Positions 51,733 through 64,000 of a DNA stretch of 64,000 bases are shown in pieces. The first letter of the stretch is position 1. Each line of letters opens with the position of its first letter. Location of the stretch: assembly GCF_021028975.2 (NCBI RefSeq), contig NC_059433.1:58280001-58344000 (forward strand), in the 5' to 3' direction. Origin of the DNA: Sphaerodactylus townsendi (lineage: Eukaryota). The notes under the pieces were generated by a model. It saw only the letters and a list, made by a program, of their open reading frames with translations. It had not been told where the DNA came from and made no database searches. Both the position numbers and the translations under genes were made by a program.

Positions 51733-52794
51733 CTGTTTTTTATGTATTAAGTGCTTAATATTTGAAAATTATATCTCATTTCCAGTAACAGTAATGATCC
51801 CTCATTTCCAGTCACCATTTCCAGTAACAAATCTTAGAAATCCTCAGGTAATGGGAGGACTCTTACAAACAGAGCAGAAAGGTCTTGCTGGTCTTTCCTT
51901 CAGCCTTCCCTCACCCTAAAGCACCTACTGAAAAGCTGGGGACCATGTGTTTTGTGGGCAGAATGCATGTGGGGAGGGGGGAGGTTCATGATGCAGGAGG
52001 ACTTGAAAGTGGTAGAACTTTGCCCTTCTATCAGAGTTCATTCTTCTGCTGGCAGAGGGGGAATTCTGCTCAGTTTTCCTATCCTCACTGCAGCCCCAAC
52101 AAGGCTTCTACAGTTGCCCGAAGAATCTGAAGTTGTATGGAAAGGTGGCATAAAAATGTTTTAAATAAACACCAGAGTCAATTTTTTTGATCCTCATCAG
52201 GCTGTGGTGGATGGGTAGGTGGGAAATGGACATGAGAGCTTTTCTGTCCAGTTCATAGAATCTAACTTTTAAAAAAGAATAAAAACAACTTTTCCTACCA
52301 AACTAGAGGTTAAGTGCGAGACAATGCACACTTCAGCTGGATACATTAATCACTTTAAAGTTTCTGCCTTCAGTATGATACTTAATTTTAATTCTGCATT
52401 AAAAATGTGTTTAATACAAAGTTGAAATTATTGCATTTTGGAATCTCAGTTGTCTGATTGTGTTTAAATTAATTTTATGACTTGTTTTCTTTTGTCGTGT
52501 TGCAATACTATACAGTGTTTTTAAAAGATAAAAAGTATTTCAGTTATTGCAATGGAGGGCTTTCTGCATCTTTGGAGGAAAAAGTTGCTATTAAACAAAC
52601 ATCAAAGTTTTGAAAATTTTGACAATATTTTGAAAACCAGTTTTTCTGGTATTACAATTTTAACTGTATCGTGAACAACTAATTTGGAATTTTGTTATAA
52701 AAGACTTTTTGTTTTTCTTCTATTACAACTGAATCCATCCCACAATTTTGTGAAAAACTTCTTTTTGGGTGGGGGGGGAGATGTGATTTTAATG

Positions 52795-53344
52795 CAGGGG
52801 TAGGGAACCTTAATCACTCAAAGAGCCATTTGGACCCGTTTTCCACAGGAAAAGAAAACACTTGGAGCTGCAAATAATTTTTGACATTTAAAATAAAGAT
52901 AACACTGTATATATTGGGGTTTTTTACCTTTTACTCCGCTCATTCTGAGAAGCGCATGGATGCGTCCGCCCTGCTGCCTGCAGGGCAGACAAAGATGAAG
53001 CCGGTGGTTTGGCCTTGCTGGCCGTCGGGAAAGCGCCCGCCCCGCTCCAACGGGACGGGCGAGAGGGGAAGCCCGTGGCATGGCCCAGCCAGCTGCGAGC
53101 AATTGGTGCGCTCGCCCTGCAGGGCAAGGATGTAGCCGGTGGCTCAGCCTCACCGGCCGCCGGGAAAGCACCCGCCCCGCTCGAACAGGGCGGGCAAGAG
53201 GGGAAGCCCGTGGTGAGGCCCAGCCGGCCGTGGGCAATTGGTGCGCTTGCCCTGCTGCCTGCAGGGTGGGCAAGGATGGGGCTGGCAGCTCGGCTCGTGG
53301 AGCTGCAGTGCAAGGGCAGAAGAGCCGCAGGTTCCCTACCCCTG
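52795..53344 (-). mobile_element. Non-autonomous hAT transposon, longer variant of the 10136 copy with an internal duplication
   Basis: TIR CAGGGGTAGGGAACCT; TSD TTTTAATG. Confidence 0.9.
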
Positions 53345-55656
53345 TTTTAATGGGTGATACAGCCTCTCTGCTAGTGGAAATAGAACAGCTACTTAAACTC
53401 TACAAAGTAGTTTTTCACAAAATTGTGGGATAGATTCTAACAACCTGAAATGGAGAACCACCACTTTACGATGATGGATTCAACCCATTATGTCACAAAA
53501 GCAGCAGTTGTAATAGAAAGTAGAGTTCTCTGATATTCAAGATATGGAATAAGTAGAAATATTGATTTACAGCCATTCATTCAACAGGTTATCACAAGAG
53601 AGATTTTCTTACGTGTAATAATAGTGTTTTGTGGCAACTTACTGACCCCTGAAAGAGAACTTCAGCAGATTCTCAGACTCTACATTGATCCTGTACAATA
53701 AAAGCAAACAAGAATACTGCCCAGCAAACAAGCTCATTTTTTTCCACTGCTCCTCTTGAAGTAATCCTCTTTTACCTCATGCTCCTTCAGACTGTCTCCA
53801 AACCAATATCTTTATAAATCTGTTAAACCGAGACTAGCTATGTCTGGGACTCTGACCTTAAGAGTTATAATAGGTAATTTATATATATGTTAAAGACAGA
53901 GATGGCTCACGTATTCCATGGGTAATAATGCTGAAGACTCGTCCTAGCTCACAGTATGCCCTATCTTTCTATGCTGGGATGATATGGAAATTAGTGAATC
54001 TAAACAGGATAATATCTGAATCTTTTAATTTCTTGTTCAGACTCTAACTAGCTGCTGGTAGTTTCCTTTCTAGGAGGGGCAACTCACAGTGTAAGTGCTT
54101 GGACTATTCTTAATGCATTTGAAAAGAAAATAATAAAATACTGTTTTTGTGTGTGAAATCCATGGTATGCAGCATAATCATGGAATTTTTGTTTGCAGGC
54201 AGAATTTTAAAGAGACTTACAAATAAAAAATTGTATTTAATCAAGAGGTTAGTACTTTTTCCTGCATCCTGGGAATAAATTGGTGAAAATGAGAAGCACC
54301 CTTAAGCATGCAAATCTGCATTTAAAATCACACTTTTTTATTTAAACATTTTGTCTTCTGTTCATTTAACAGTAGTCATTAAAATGTATATTCTTACAAA
54401 TGTATATTCTATCAAAAGAAAGATAATAACATGGGTTTGACAGAAGTACAGTGCTTGAAACATGTCCAGGTGAATGATTGACAGTATGTTGACATACCCC
54501 TTACATTCTTAATTCTTGTAATCTGCTGTACTATTCTTATAGATGGAAGAGGTATATGTGAATTTGGGGATATTTTCTCTTCCTTAAGAAGAATGATATA
54601 ATTCTTGATTACTTAATTGGTGTTGATATATTCAGGAGTAAAGCTCTCATTTGCCCTCCTAGGGTTTATCTTCCACTGGAGAGCTTTTTGGTTTGTAGCC
54701 TCCAGAAGGCTAGTGGAAAGGCATTCATGGATGAGGGTTTTCCCCACGCTCCCCTTCTCTCAGCAGCCCCTTTTGGCTCACGGAAAACGGATGTTTAGGA
54801 ACCCACGTGGGCAGAAAGTCATACAACTTGATGGGCTGCTGTGAGGAGAGAGAAACTGGTGCTAAAGTCTCTCTGCTCTTGCCAGTGAAAAGTGCGACTG
54901 AGTAAGAGTCAGGAGGGATGATTTCACCAAACATCTAATTGCTTCAAGCCTTTGGTCCTATGTATCTTTTTGCATATCAACCAATATACAATGGTGTATA
55001 GCGGATAAGTACCTATGTACCTATTTGCCAAAAGTGAACTACCAGCATCAGATGCTTTTTGGAGAAGGACTCTGTGGAGAAATCTCTGCTTTTCTGAACC
55101 CCTTGTATGATCCTGCTGCCACTCTGAGGATCCATAGGAAGTGGAAACCAGAAGACTCTGGGACTTTCACTTATCCTTTTATGCAGTACTGTGCAGGATG
55201 GAATCAGGTTGGAAGATATACTAATGACATAATATATTCAGCGAGTCTTAAATATCTTGTCTGACCTCTAGAGTGTCTGAAGAAGACTTAATACTTGCAG
55301 AATGTTAATATCAATAATCTTAATATTAATAGGGATGACTATGTGGGCAGAAGCAGATACAGATAATAGCTAGAAGTGAGTGCCTGGGTATTGATTAAAA
55401 GAGAGTTACAGAGTATGCAGTTATTGCCCTGTGTCATTAGACTGAGATTTACCTTGAACAACTAGTTAGATTTGGCTGGCTGGTCCTTGGGTACAAATGC
55501 AGCAACTGGCTGCACAGCAGTCACAAAACCCTTTTGACCAAGCTGTCATTCCTTTTTTCACTTTCCATAGAAGGCCTTCAGACTGCAGATGTGCATGTGC
55601 AGCTTTTTGAACTGACTTAGCTTTGCAGTTTTGGAAGAAACAAAAAGCTGGCATGC

Positions 55657-55830
55657 TAGCCTGATCTTGTTGGGTTTCAGAAGCTAAGCAGGGTTGACCC
55701 CTGGCAAGTATTTGGAGGGGAGACCTTCAGGGAATACCAGGGTTGTGACGTGGAGGCAGGCAGTGACACTACCTCCTAACACCTCTTGCCTTGAAAACCC
55801 TACAGTTGCTGTAAGTCAGCTGTGACTGGA
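55657..55830 (+). mobile_element. 5S rRNA-derived SINE
   Basis: GCCTGATCTTG...GAAGCTAAGCAGGGT...GTATTTGGAGGGGAGACC...GGGAATACC resembles the 5S internal promoter region, followed by a non-5S tail also present at ~23770-23900. Confidence 0.75.
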
Positions 55831-56537
55831 ATCATTTGGATACAGCAACAGTGATAACAGTAAAGACTGGAAAGCAAGCTGTGAATTTCAAATTTTCACT
55901 CATGCGCTGTTACTTCTGTGGTGTCCTGGATTCTTCATTTGTGTACCATTTCAATGTTTAACAGTCATCCAAAAATGCATTCTTATGCTAACTAAACATT
56001 GACAGGTTTGATTTGCAATACAGGTATGACTAAGTCTTTAGCTGTAAGCCAGGTTAGCCCAGTTACTTCAATTAGCCTACATTGTCATAAATGAAAGTAT
56101 TATAACTGGATTGTGGATTTGGTTGGTCATGTGTAGTGTTTATTATTGAAAATAGTTTGTTTTTCAATAGAGAAAAAAATGACATGCTTTTACATCTCTA
56201 AAGATATCTTAAAATTGAAATATGGTGTTATGCCTCTTAAACATTAATTTGTTCTCCAAGGTTATTATAACCTTAAGTTCAGTCCTAAGTTTCTAATGAT
56301 GGAGTCTTTTACACATGCAAGGAAGGGATATACTCTCTTGGAGGAAGTTTCCTTGCATTGGAGGATGGGTTCATGATTATTGAACCCAAACAACTGAATC
56401 TAACAAAGCATAACTAAAAGTTCTACAGCTGCATTTGTAGGGTACGATTTTGTTCCCTTGTTGTCATTTAAAATGTGTTACATTTGCTTGTGGTTAGAAA
56501 TAGCAGTTTTTATTAGTGTTCCAAGATTGCTTTAGAC

Positions 56538-56672
56538 CACAGATGTCAAACTCGCAGCCCTCCAGATGTTATGGACTACAGTTCCCATCATCCCCTGTCA
56601 GCATGATGCTGGCAGGGGATGGTGGGAACTGTAGTCCATGACATCTGGAGGGCTGCGAGTTTGACACCTGTT
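56538..56672. mobile_element. Palindromic hAT MITE
   Basis: TIR ...TGTCAAACTCGCAGCCCTCCAGATG; TSD CTTTAGAC. Confidence 0.88.
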
Positions 56673-58794
56673 CTTTAGACACACATGCAGTGGATGGCCA
56701 GTGGATTAAGTATTCAGAATACAGTTCGAGGTAATGTCCAGCTACTTGTTTTTCTGGCCGCAAGTGAGCTTGTTTTGGTACCATTCAGTTCCAGTTCCCA
56801 AAGGAAATTTTAAATGTTCATATTATAATACTGACTTGAATTTATTGTAAGGTAATATATTTAGAATTGGAGTTTTAAATGTAGCTGAGTAAATGTAATA
56901 GACCAGAAAAGCAAGTGTGAGCATTAACACAGAGTTGGATGTGGCATTATAGGCCACAGTGATAGTTACTAAGCAATATAGGAAACCTTAACTGGAATAT
57001 TCCTAACAAATGGTTGTCAGTAAAAGGTTGGGGGAAGGCACAGGGGCCTTCCAGGGCAGTTTTGGTCTTTAGAGGATAACACAAAAGGATTCAGTACCAC
57101 ACGGAAGCCAATGTGATGTAATGGTTAAAGTTTCACACCTAAGATATGGGAGACTCAGTTTTGAATCTCAACTCTGCCGAAGAAGCTATCTGGGTGACCT
57201 TGGGCCAGTCGCTCGCTCAGGGTTGTTTTGAGGATAAAATGGAAGAGAGAAAAAATATGTAAGTTGCTTTGGGAGAAAGTAATAAATGAAGTAAATAGAT
57301 GATGTAGCTAAAGATTGGGAACACATAGAAGGTTAGTTGCTTGGTGGGTGAGAAGAAGAGAAGAAAGGAGAAAAAAGTAAGGATGTGGAGGGTTGCCAGG
57401 AAATATGCTGCTGTTCATGGAAGGGGATCCAGAGTAAAGTTAAGGACCCCTTGCAAGACCCTGGAGGTTTCCTACCATGTAAATGGGCCTGAATGGCAGC
57501 CTCCACCACACAACTCCACCATATTTTTCTTGGGTAGAAGCTGCCAGGGAATGGGAAGGAAGGAAGGCTGAAGGCAGAGTGGAATATCAAGGTAGGTAGG
57601 CTTGTGGATGGGCTGAAGAGAAAAAAACTAAAAAGCAAATAGACTATGGGAGCTTTCAAAGAAAGAAATGAGGGAATAATGGAAGAAGAAATGAGATGCT
57701 ACCTGCAAGTCCCTGAGGGTTCTCAGGTTTTTTGTCCCAGTGTTCAGCTGAAAGTTATTTTTCTGTAACTTGACATCTAGAAGTTTGAACATCAGGGGAG
57801 TAAAAATTGGGAATGAACAAAGAGAAACTATTCACGTGTATATATAGTGACAAACACAGCCTGGATTGTATCTTTTTGGTTTGAAGACAGCATCATTATG
57901 TCACCAGACAGTTCATGCAGAGAACTATTTTAGATTATCAGGAGTTTGATGTTTCAGTACTATTCTTGAGACATTGTGTGCTTGAACACTTGGTGTGTAC
58001 AAATTCTGAAATGAAATTTGGTGCACTGCATACATTAATACAGAACATCATGTTAAATGCCAGTAGTAGAGACTTAGGTGTTTTTCTTGTGTAACACTGA
58101 ATCATTGCACTTGGGGCCTTACCCAATTAGAATAGCAGAAACTGACATGTAAGGTTTCTTCCCAAGGTAATGTAAAATTGCTGTAAAGCATTAGCTCTGA
58201 AAAATTTCACCACCTAAATTGTCCTGTAGTATATCCCATTCCTGCAGAAAAGCAAGTTGCTAAGCTACAAAGAGTCTGAAGTGCTGCTGATGACCAGATT
58301 GCAGGGGATTTATCAAAAGCCTGTTATGTCAGAGGAAGTTTCCCCATTATCTTTGCTTGGTAGCAAGCTTTTGTCAGTCACTGTTCAGATGTGTAACTAC
58401 AACTTATTCTTGTGTCAGGTTTATTCTGTAGTGTAAGGCTGCAGGATCTTCTACGTATTTGAGTGACAAAAACAGTACTGTGATACGGATGTTTACAACA
58501 ATCAGTGCAAGTGCAATTCATAGTCCTAGGGGTGTCTTATTTTTTCCTTTGCTTTGAAGCAGAATTTTTAATTAGTTGGAAGCAACTGGATTCTTACTAC
58601 TGGTAAGTCATTTTACGGTATTTAGCTACTTCTAGACTTGGGAAGATTGTGGAACAGGACTCAGCTAATTCTGTAAAGCCTCCTACCTAAATATTCTGAA
58701 ATATTTATAGTTGAGCAGCTGCTGTACTCTGTTACACCAAACGGAAATATTTTATGACACTGCTGTACTAATTTTCCTTTCTTCTGTCCTGCAG

Positions 58795-58818
58795 GAGAGG
58801 AATAGAAACAAACAATAA
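58795..58818 (+). CDS. YTHDF3: YTHDF3 exon 5 coding part (ERNRNKQ*)
   Basis: Polypyrimidine tract + CTGCAG acceptor; matches the YTHDF3 C-terminus; TAA stop. Confidence 0.93.
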   Translation, partial: ERNRNKQ

Positions 58819-58993
58819 CTATATGGTGATGGTCCTGCTAGAATTACAACACTAATGATGTAGACTCTGGAAATGCCTAATATGTCTAAGAAGACGTTAT
58901 TAAAGCTTTGTTCCTGCTTAAGGTGACATCTTTGAACACTTTAACACAAAATTGACTCTTCTTGTAATGGTTCTCATCAGTGCATCTGCCCTT

Positions 58994-59165
58994 NNNNNNN
59001 NNNNNNNNNNNNNNNNNNNNNNNNNNNNNNNNNNNNNNNNNNNNNNNNNNNNNNNNNNNNNNNNNNNNNNNNNNNNNNNNNNNNNNNNNNNNNNNNNNNN
59101 NNNNNNNNNNNNNNNNNNNNNNNNNNNNNNNNNNNNNNNNNNNNNNNNNNNNNNNNNNNNNNNNN
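58994..59165. other. 172-nt N run (gap or mask)
   Basis: Ns in sequence. Confidence 1.
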
Positions 59166-60620
59166 AACCATCATAAGTGGTTCAATGATGTGAGATTCAC
59201 ATTGCTTCAACTTAATTTTTCTTTGATGTAGTTTTTTAATTGTCAGTTTTTAGCTATTCAACAGAATAAAAGCAAAATCATGCCATATTTAGTCCTGGAG
59301 TAAAACTCAAGTCTAAATGTTCATGTGAAAATTATTGTAGTAAACTTTTAATATGGCAAAGCAACTTTGAGCTGCAGTTTAGCCAAATATAACATGAAAT
59401 TATATTAGAATGACATTTCCCTTGTTTCAAACTGTTTGGTGTAGAGAATATTAATATATGCAGCTTGGTGGGCCGCACCAGTTAATGCACACTTCCTTAT
59501 TTTTTTTCCTGTAACATGTATACCGAAAAAAGTGCATTTGTCTGAGGAACTGTTTGTTTGCTACCACTCAATCTCAGTTTTGAGTACATGTACCTCAGTC
59601 TAAATCAGACTTTTTATGACCTTTATAACTACATTTAAAAATCTTTAATTCCTATTTCTGGGTGTTTGCAAGCCTGAAAAGATTGCTATCATGGAAGTGA
59701 AAATTTACTCCTCTAGGTGATTCACTAGCTAAATAAACATAATTCTTGTTTAGCAAGAATATACTCTGTTTCTCAGATTTTGTTTGTTCCCAGCTCTGAT
59801 TAATAGTCTGGTATTCTTTCGTTTCCAAATTCTTTGGGAAATAAACGCGTATCCATGGTTTCAGTTTGTATACTCATGGCTGTGTTTACATGTTATCTGT
59901 TAGTGCTATATAATAAAAGCCTAGGTACCATATTCACCTGAATATTTTCTATGCTACTTTTTAAATTAACCTATTTTAAAACTTTCTCTCGCACAGCAGC
60001 ATGACATACTGTCTTGAAAGTCAGCTTGTAACAAAACATGTCACGTATCTGTGTTTAGCTGCATAAAGTACTGAACCACCTTTCATTTGTATCTGAGAGA
60101 ACGTCCAAGAAGAGAAACTAAGGGGCAAATATGGTGAAGTTTAAAATAGCATTTGTATGAATGCTTACTGTCTCTGTCAAGCAAATGTTTACACCATGTG
60201 TGAAATCTTCCACTGAAAGTACCTATTTTTAGAGAAGTGGTCAAATCTCTTAGGCGTACTTCTTTTATATATTTTTCTCTGTGTGCATATGAGTTCCAAA
60301 AAGTAACAGCAATTTTTACAAGGTATGGATAGTCATTTTGCCATTAATTTTGGCAGCATTCCCATATGTATTTGTTTTGGTCCAAAGTTTCCTTGTTCAA
60401 ATAGAAGGGACTTTGGGAAAGGTTTGCATGACTTTTGCTAATTTTCCTTTCTCATTGCACTTTGTTTTCATGCTGATTAAAAAGCTTCGGAGATGCAAGA
60501 GATCATGTTCTGCTAGTAGAACCCTGTTTGTAGGTAGAAATTGTTTGCAAACTCCTGGTTTGTGGGTTTACGTCTTCACTTAATCAGCTACCTGTCTTTA
60601 TGCTTAACTAAGTCCCATTT

Positions 60621-60903
60621 GTGGTGTAGAGGTTAAGAGCAGGTGTACTCAGCAGTGGCTTCAGTGGTTAAGAGCAGGTGTACTCTAATATGGAGGAACC
60701 GGGTTTGATTCCCTGCTCTGCCGCTTGAGCTGTGGGGGCTTATCTGGGGAATTTAGATTAGCCTGTGCACTCCAACACATGCCAGCTGGGTGACATTGGG
60801 CTAGTTACAGTTCTTCTGAGCTCTTTCAGCCCCTTTGTAAGCCCCTTTGAGGCTCCTTACAGGATAGAAAGTGGAGATATAGATCCAATTCTTATTTCTT
60901 CTG
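60621..60903 (+). mobile_element. tRNA-derived SINE with a duplicated 5' head
   Basis: GGTTAAGAGCAGGTGTACTC occurs twice; same family as 4490. Confidence 0.85.
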
Positions 60904-62445
60904 CTGTAAAATTTGCTTACAATACAATACATCTAGTATATTTGGATGTTACATAAAGTACCAAAGCAAAGTACTTCCTTAGCTGCTGCAAAGAAATGGA
61001 ACATTAAATTCTATATGAAGCTTACCTTGAATGAAAACCACATTTGTTACCCAACTCCTGATTTTTCACAAGGCTATAAAGTACTGAAATTTTTCTGTCA
61101 TTGCTATGCAAACTTAAAAGTTTTAATGACTGAGAGATATAGCAGCCCTTGTCGAATAGCTGGTTTTAATACAACTAATTAGGCAGAATTTTGTGTTGTA
61201 AGTAGTTATGAGAGTGTCTCCTGATTAATTTTATTCACAGTGCAAATCCCAAAAATTTTTGACAGTGTCAAGAGTTGATGCACAAAAACGTACCATATGT
61301 TAGAGGTATAGCCACCTGTTAGAGATTATGTATGCTTTGTGGTATGCTTCAATATTTCTGTCTAGGAGATAGAAAAGAAGATGAAATCAAAGGAGGTATG
61401 CAAAGGAGGTATGATTAGAATGGTACTTACTTTGCTGTGAACTTTTGCTATGTTTCTCTTTTCCCTGGATCTACCTCAAAAGCCATGGTTGCGGATCGCA
61501 ATACTTGGAGGAGCTGCACTGGGATGAGAAGACTGCATTTGGTTGGAGGAAGAATGTTCTGTACCCTTAAGAAGCCTTTTGAGTTTACGCCCTGGAATAT
61601 TTAGCATGATAAACTATGACTGAGTCTTGTATTTGTTGCTGGTTCATGTAACATAATAGAACGATTGTAGCTTGCATGTTTTGATAGGCGAAAAAGAATG
61701 GAAATCACCTTTTCAGTTTTGTGAGATTCTGCCTCACCATTGCAGGCCCCACTTGTAGTATGTCTTTTTGCTTTTTAATTCTTCAAACTTGGCAGTCCCT
61801 TTTTGGGTGTCACTGTGGGAAAGGGCAAGTGGACATCAACTCCCAAGGACAGAACTGAACTTGATGAAGAGCATTATAAAAATCCCCCAAAAGCTGTAAA
61901 GAAAACCCCACTATAGAAAAAAAATTACTTACACTGAGAATAGTACAAGATGGATGGCATTTTTTAACAATTCTTGAATCCAGAGTGTATGCAGTCTTCC
62001 TGTCGTAGTCCCTAAGAAGTCACATGGAAATAAGGTAGTCAGTGAAGATCTTTTGCAGTCTGTTCTGAATTATGTAAGTTATTAAAATGTATGTAAAATA
62101 TCTGTTTAATGTGGATGTTCTGAACTGGTGATTTTTGTCAAGTGAACCTGAACATCCAAAAAAATGAAAGCTGTGGATCTCTGGGTTCTGAGTCAAAACC
62201 AAGCTATGCATTTTGTCCTGCCACAATCTTTTGTGTGATTAATTTTTAAAATTACAAGTTACCTTATCTGGAACGGACTGTAAAAATCAAGAATGAAGGT
62301 GAAAATTATGGTAATGAAAGAAGTATGACAAACATGTGTATTGCAAATTATGTGTTTGAGAGAGTCTGGAACCAAATGTTTTTTCTAACTTGGGAAACTT
62401 TCCTCAGGTGCGCATGTTTTACTGTGATTATGTAGCAGTGGTGCA

Positions 62446-62742
62446 GGAGCAGCAGTGGCGAAGGAGGTTAAGAGCTCGTGTATCTAGTCTGGAGGAACCG
62501 GGTTTGATTCCCAGCTCTGCCACCTGAGCTGTGGAGGCTTATCTGGGGAATTCAGATTAGCCTGTACACTCCCACACACGCCAGCTGGGTGACCTTGGGC
62601 TAGTCACAGCTTTTCGGAGCTCTCTCAGCCCCACCCACCTCACAGGGTGTTTGTTGTGAGGGGGGAAGGGCAAGGAGATTGTAAGCCCCTTTGAGTCTCT
62701 GCAGGAGAGAAGGGGGATATAAATCCAAACTCCTCTTCTTCT
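62446..62742 (+). mobile_element. Full-length tRNA-derived SINE
   Basis: Same family as 4490; (TCT)n tail. Confidence 0.88.
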
Positions 62743-63784
62743 ATATCCCTAAAAATATTCATACATTTTGAAGCTATTATGGGGTGAGATTTGGGAGGAA
62801 TCTACAGATTACTTCCTCATCAAGCCCACATCTTTTGTTGCTTCAGTAAGTACTTCATTTTTAAGTACGTCATTTATAAGTTAGCATTTAAAATTGTACT
62901 GTTTTGCATATTTATCAAATTTAACAGTGCAAGTTCTTTAGTTTTCTATAAGAAAAATTGTGAATATGCTAGAGGTCTGCCTTAACAAATTGCCATCTGA
63001 GAGGCTGAAGTAAATTTTGTAGCAGTCAACATTATTACTTGGATAGAAAGTCATAATAAGGTTAGTGTATTTGAATAAATGAGCTAAGCTTTATCACGTT
63101 GACAACATTGAATTTAATAATGTATTGTTGTGCACTATATTGTGGGGGTGTTTAAACATGTTCTTGCTTGGTATAGACCACCATTATTTAATGTGGCAGG
63201 TCATCTTACATAAAATTTTGCATACTATAGGTTTTAGTGAGTAAAATTTCTGATTTTTACTGTTCAAAAAATTGGGGACAAAATCCTTGGGGCGAAAAAA
63301 AACATGGTTTCCCCAGATGTTTACATCTCTGTTGGCCTGCTGAGCCCACAGAGATATTGAGTACAGCTGGCTGATGCTCACAAAAAACTACTCCCTTGAT
63401 TTGTATAATAACAGAATTTAGAAAACAGCAACACTTATGGATGTGGTACAGGAAAATTCTAAGTGACATTAAACTAGTTAATGTTAAACTAAACTAAGTA
63501 ACATTAAACTTTAGTTTTCATCACACTTTTCCATTTAAGAGTAGTTATTTGCAGGAGTTGGCCGACTGTAACAATTGTCTGCTGGCTCACAGTGTACTTG
63601 AGTCAAGGAAAAAGTAATGAAAGATTTGACCTGCTCAATCCAGAATTTTTTGGTCCAGCATTTTTTGACCTTCTCAATCCAGAAATGCATTTATTCCTAT
63701 CACTGTTTGAAGCTAGGCAGATATAAATAATAGCTTTCTTGGACACATCTTGGTTTGTCAAAGGCTTTCATGGCCAAACTCAAC

Positions 63785-63941
63785 TGGTTGTTGTGGGCTT
63801 TCCAGGCTATGTGGCCATTGTCTGGTAGATCTTGTTCCTAATGTTTCAGAGGTGAACATGCCATCCACAGATGCAGGTGAAACATTAGGAACAAGATCTA
63901 CCGGACCACGGCCACACAGCCCAGAAAGCCCACAACGACCA
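63785..63941. mobile_element. Penelope-like element terminal inverted remnant with a degenerate hammerhead-like core
   Basis: ~60-bp inverted arms TGGTTGTTGTGGGCTTTC.../...GAAAGCCCACAACGACCA; central TGAACATGCC...GCAGGTGAAAC. Confidence 0.65.
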
Positions 63942-64000
63942 ATATCTCGGTTTCTTCGTGGAAGGTAGGAACAACCTTTGCAATTTAACTCTTGCAGTGG

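Larger units (their letters stand above)
58819..63100 (+). other. YTHDF3: Probable YTHDF3 3'UTR with several AATAAA signals (~59265, 59731, 59839, 59913, 63075); true end uncertain
   Basis: AT-rich sequence after the stop codon; YTHDF3 has a long 3'UTR in mammals. Confidence 0.5.

Noticed and set aside
55657-55745. 5S rRNA gene
   Set aside because: Truncated, diverged and fused to a SINE tail

Overview
Vertebrate (squamate, probably gecko) genomic DNA carrying the conserved GGH(-)/TTPA(-)/YTHDF3(+) block. It contains the probable first codons of GGH at the left edge, all five coding exons of TTPA (276 aa), and all five coding exons of YTHDF3 (end of exon 4 hidden by an N run). The unexpected element is an intact, intronless-CDS RNF4-like SUMO-targeted ubiquitin ligase gene (37330-38121, -), lying head-to-head with YTHDF3 (start codons ~1.08 kb apart) across one CpG-island promoter. 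It looks like a domesticated retrogene that has gained a 71-aa N-terminal extension and probably spliced 5'UTR exons leading back to the YTHDF3 promoter. The rest is rich in transposons: L2 and CR1 LINEs, tRNA- and 5S-derived SINEs, hAT, Harbinger and Tc/mariner MITEs with clear TSDs, a solo LTR and Penelope remnants. There are also two long perfect palindromes and a templated 179-bp duplication. Comparisons with human proteins and repeat families are from memory, not from database searches.
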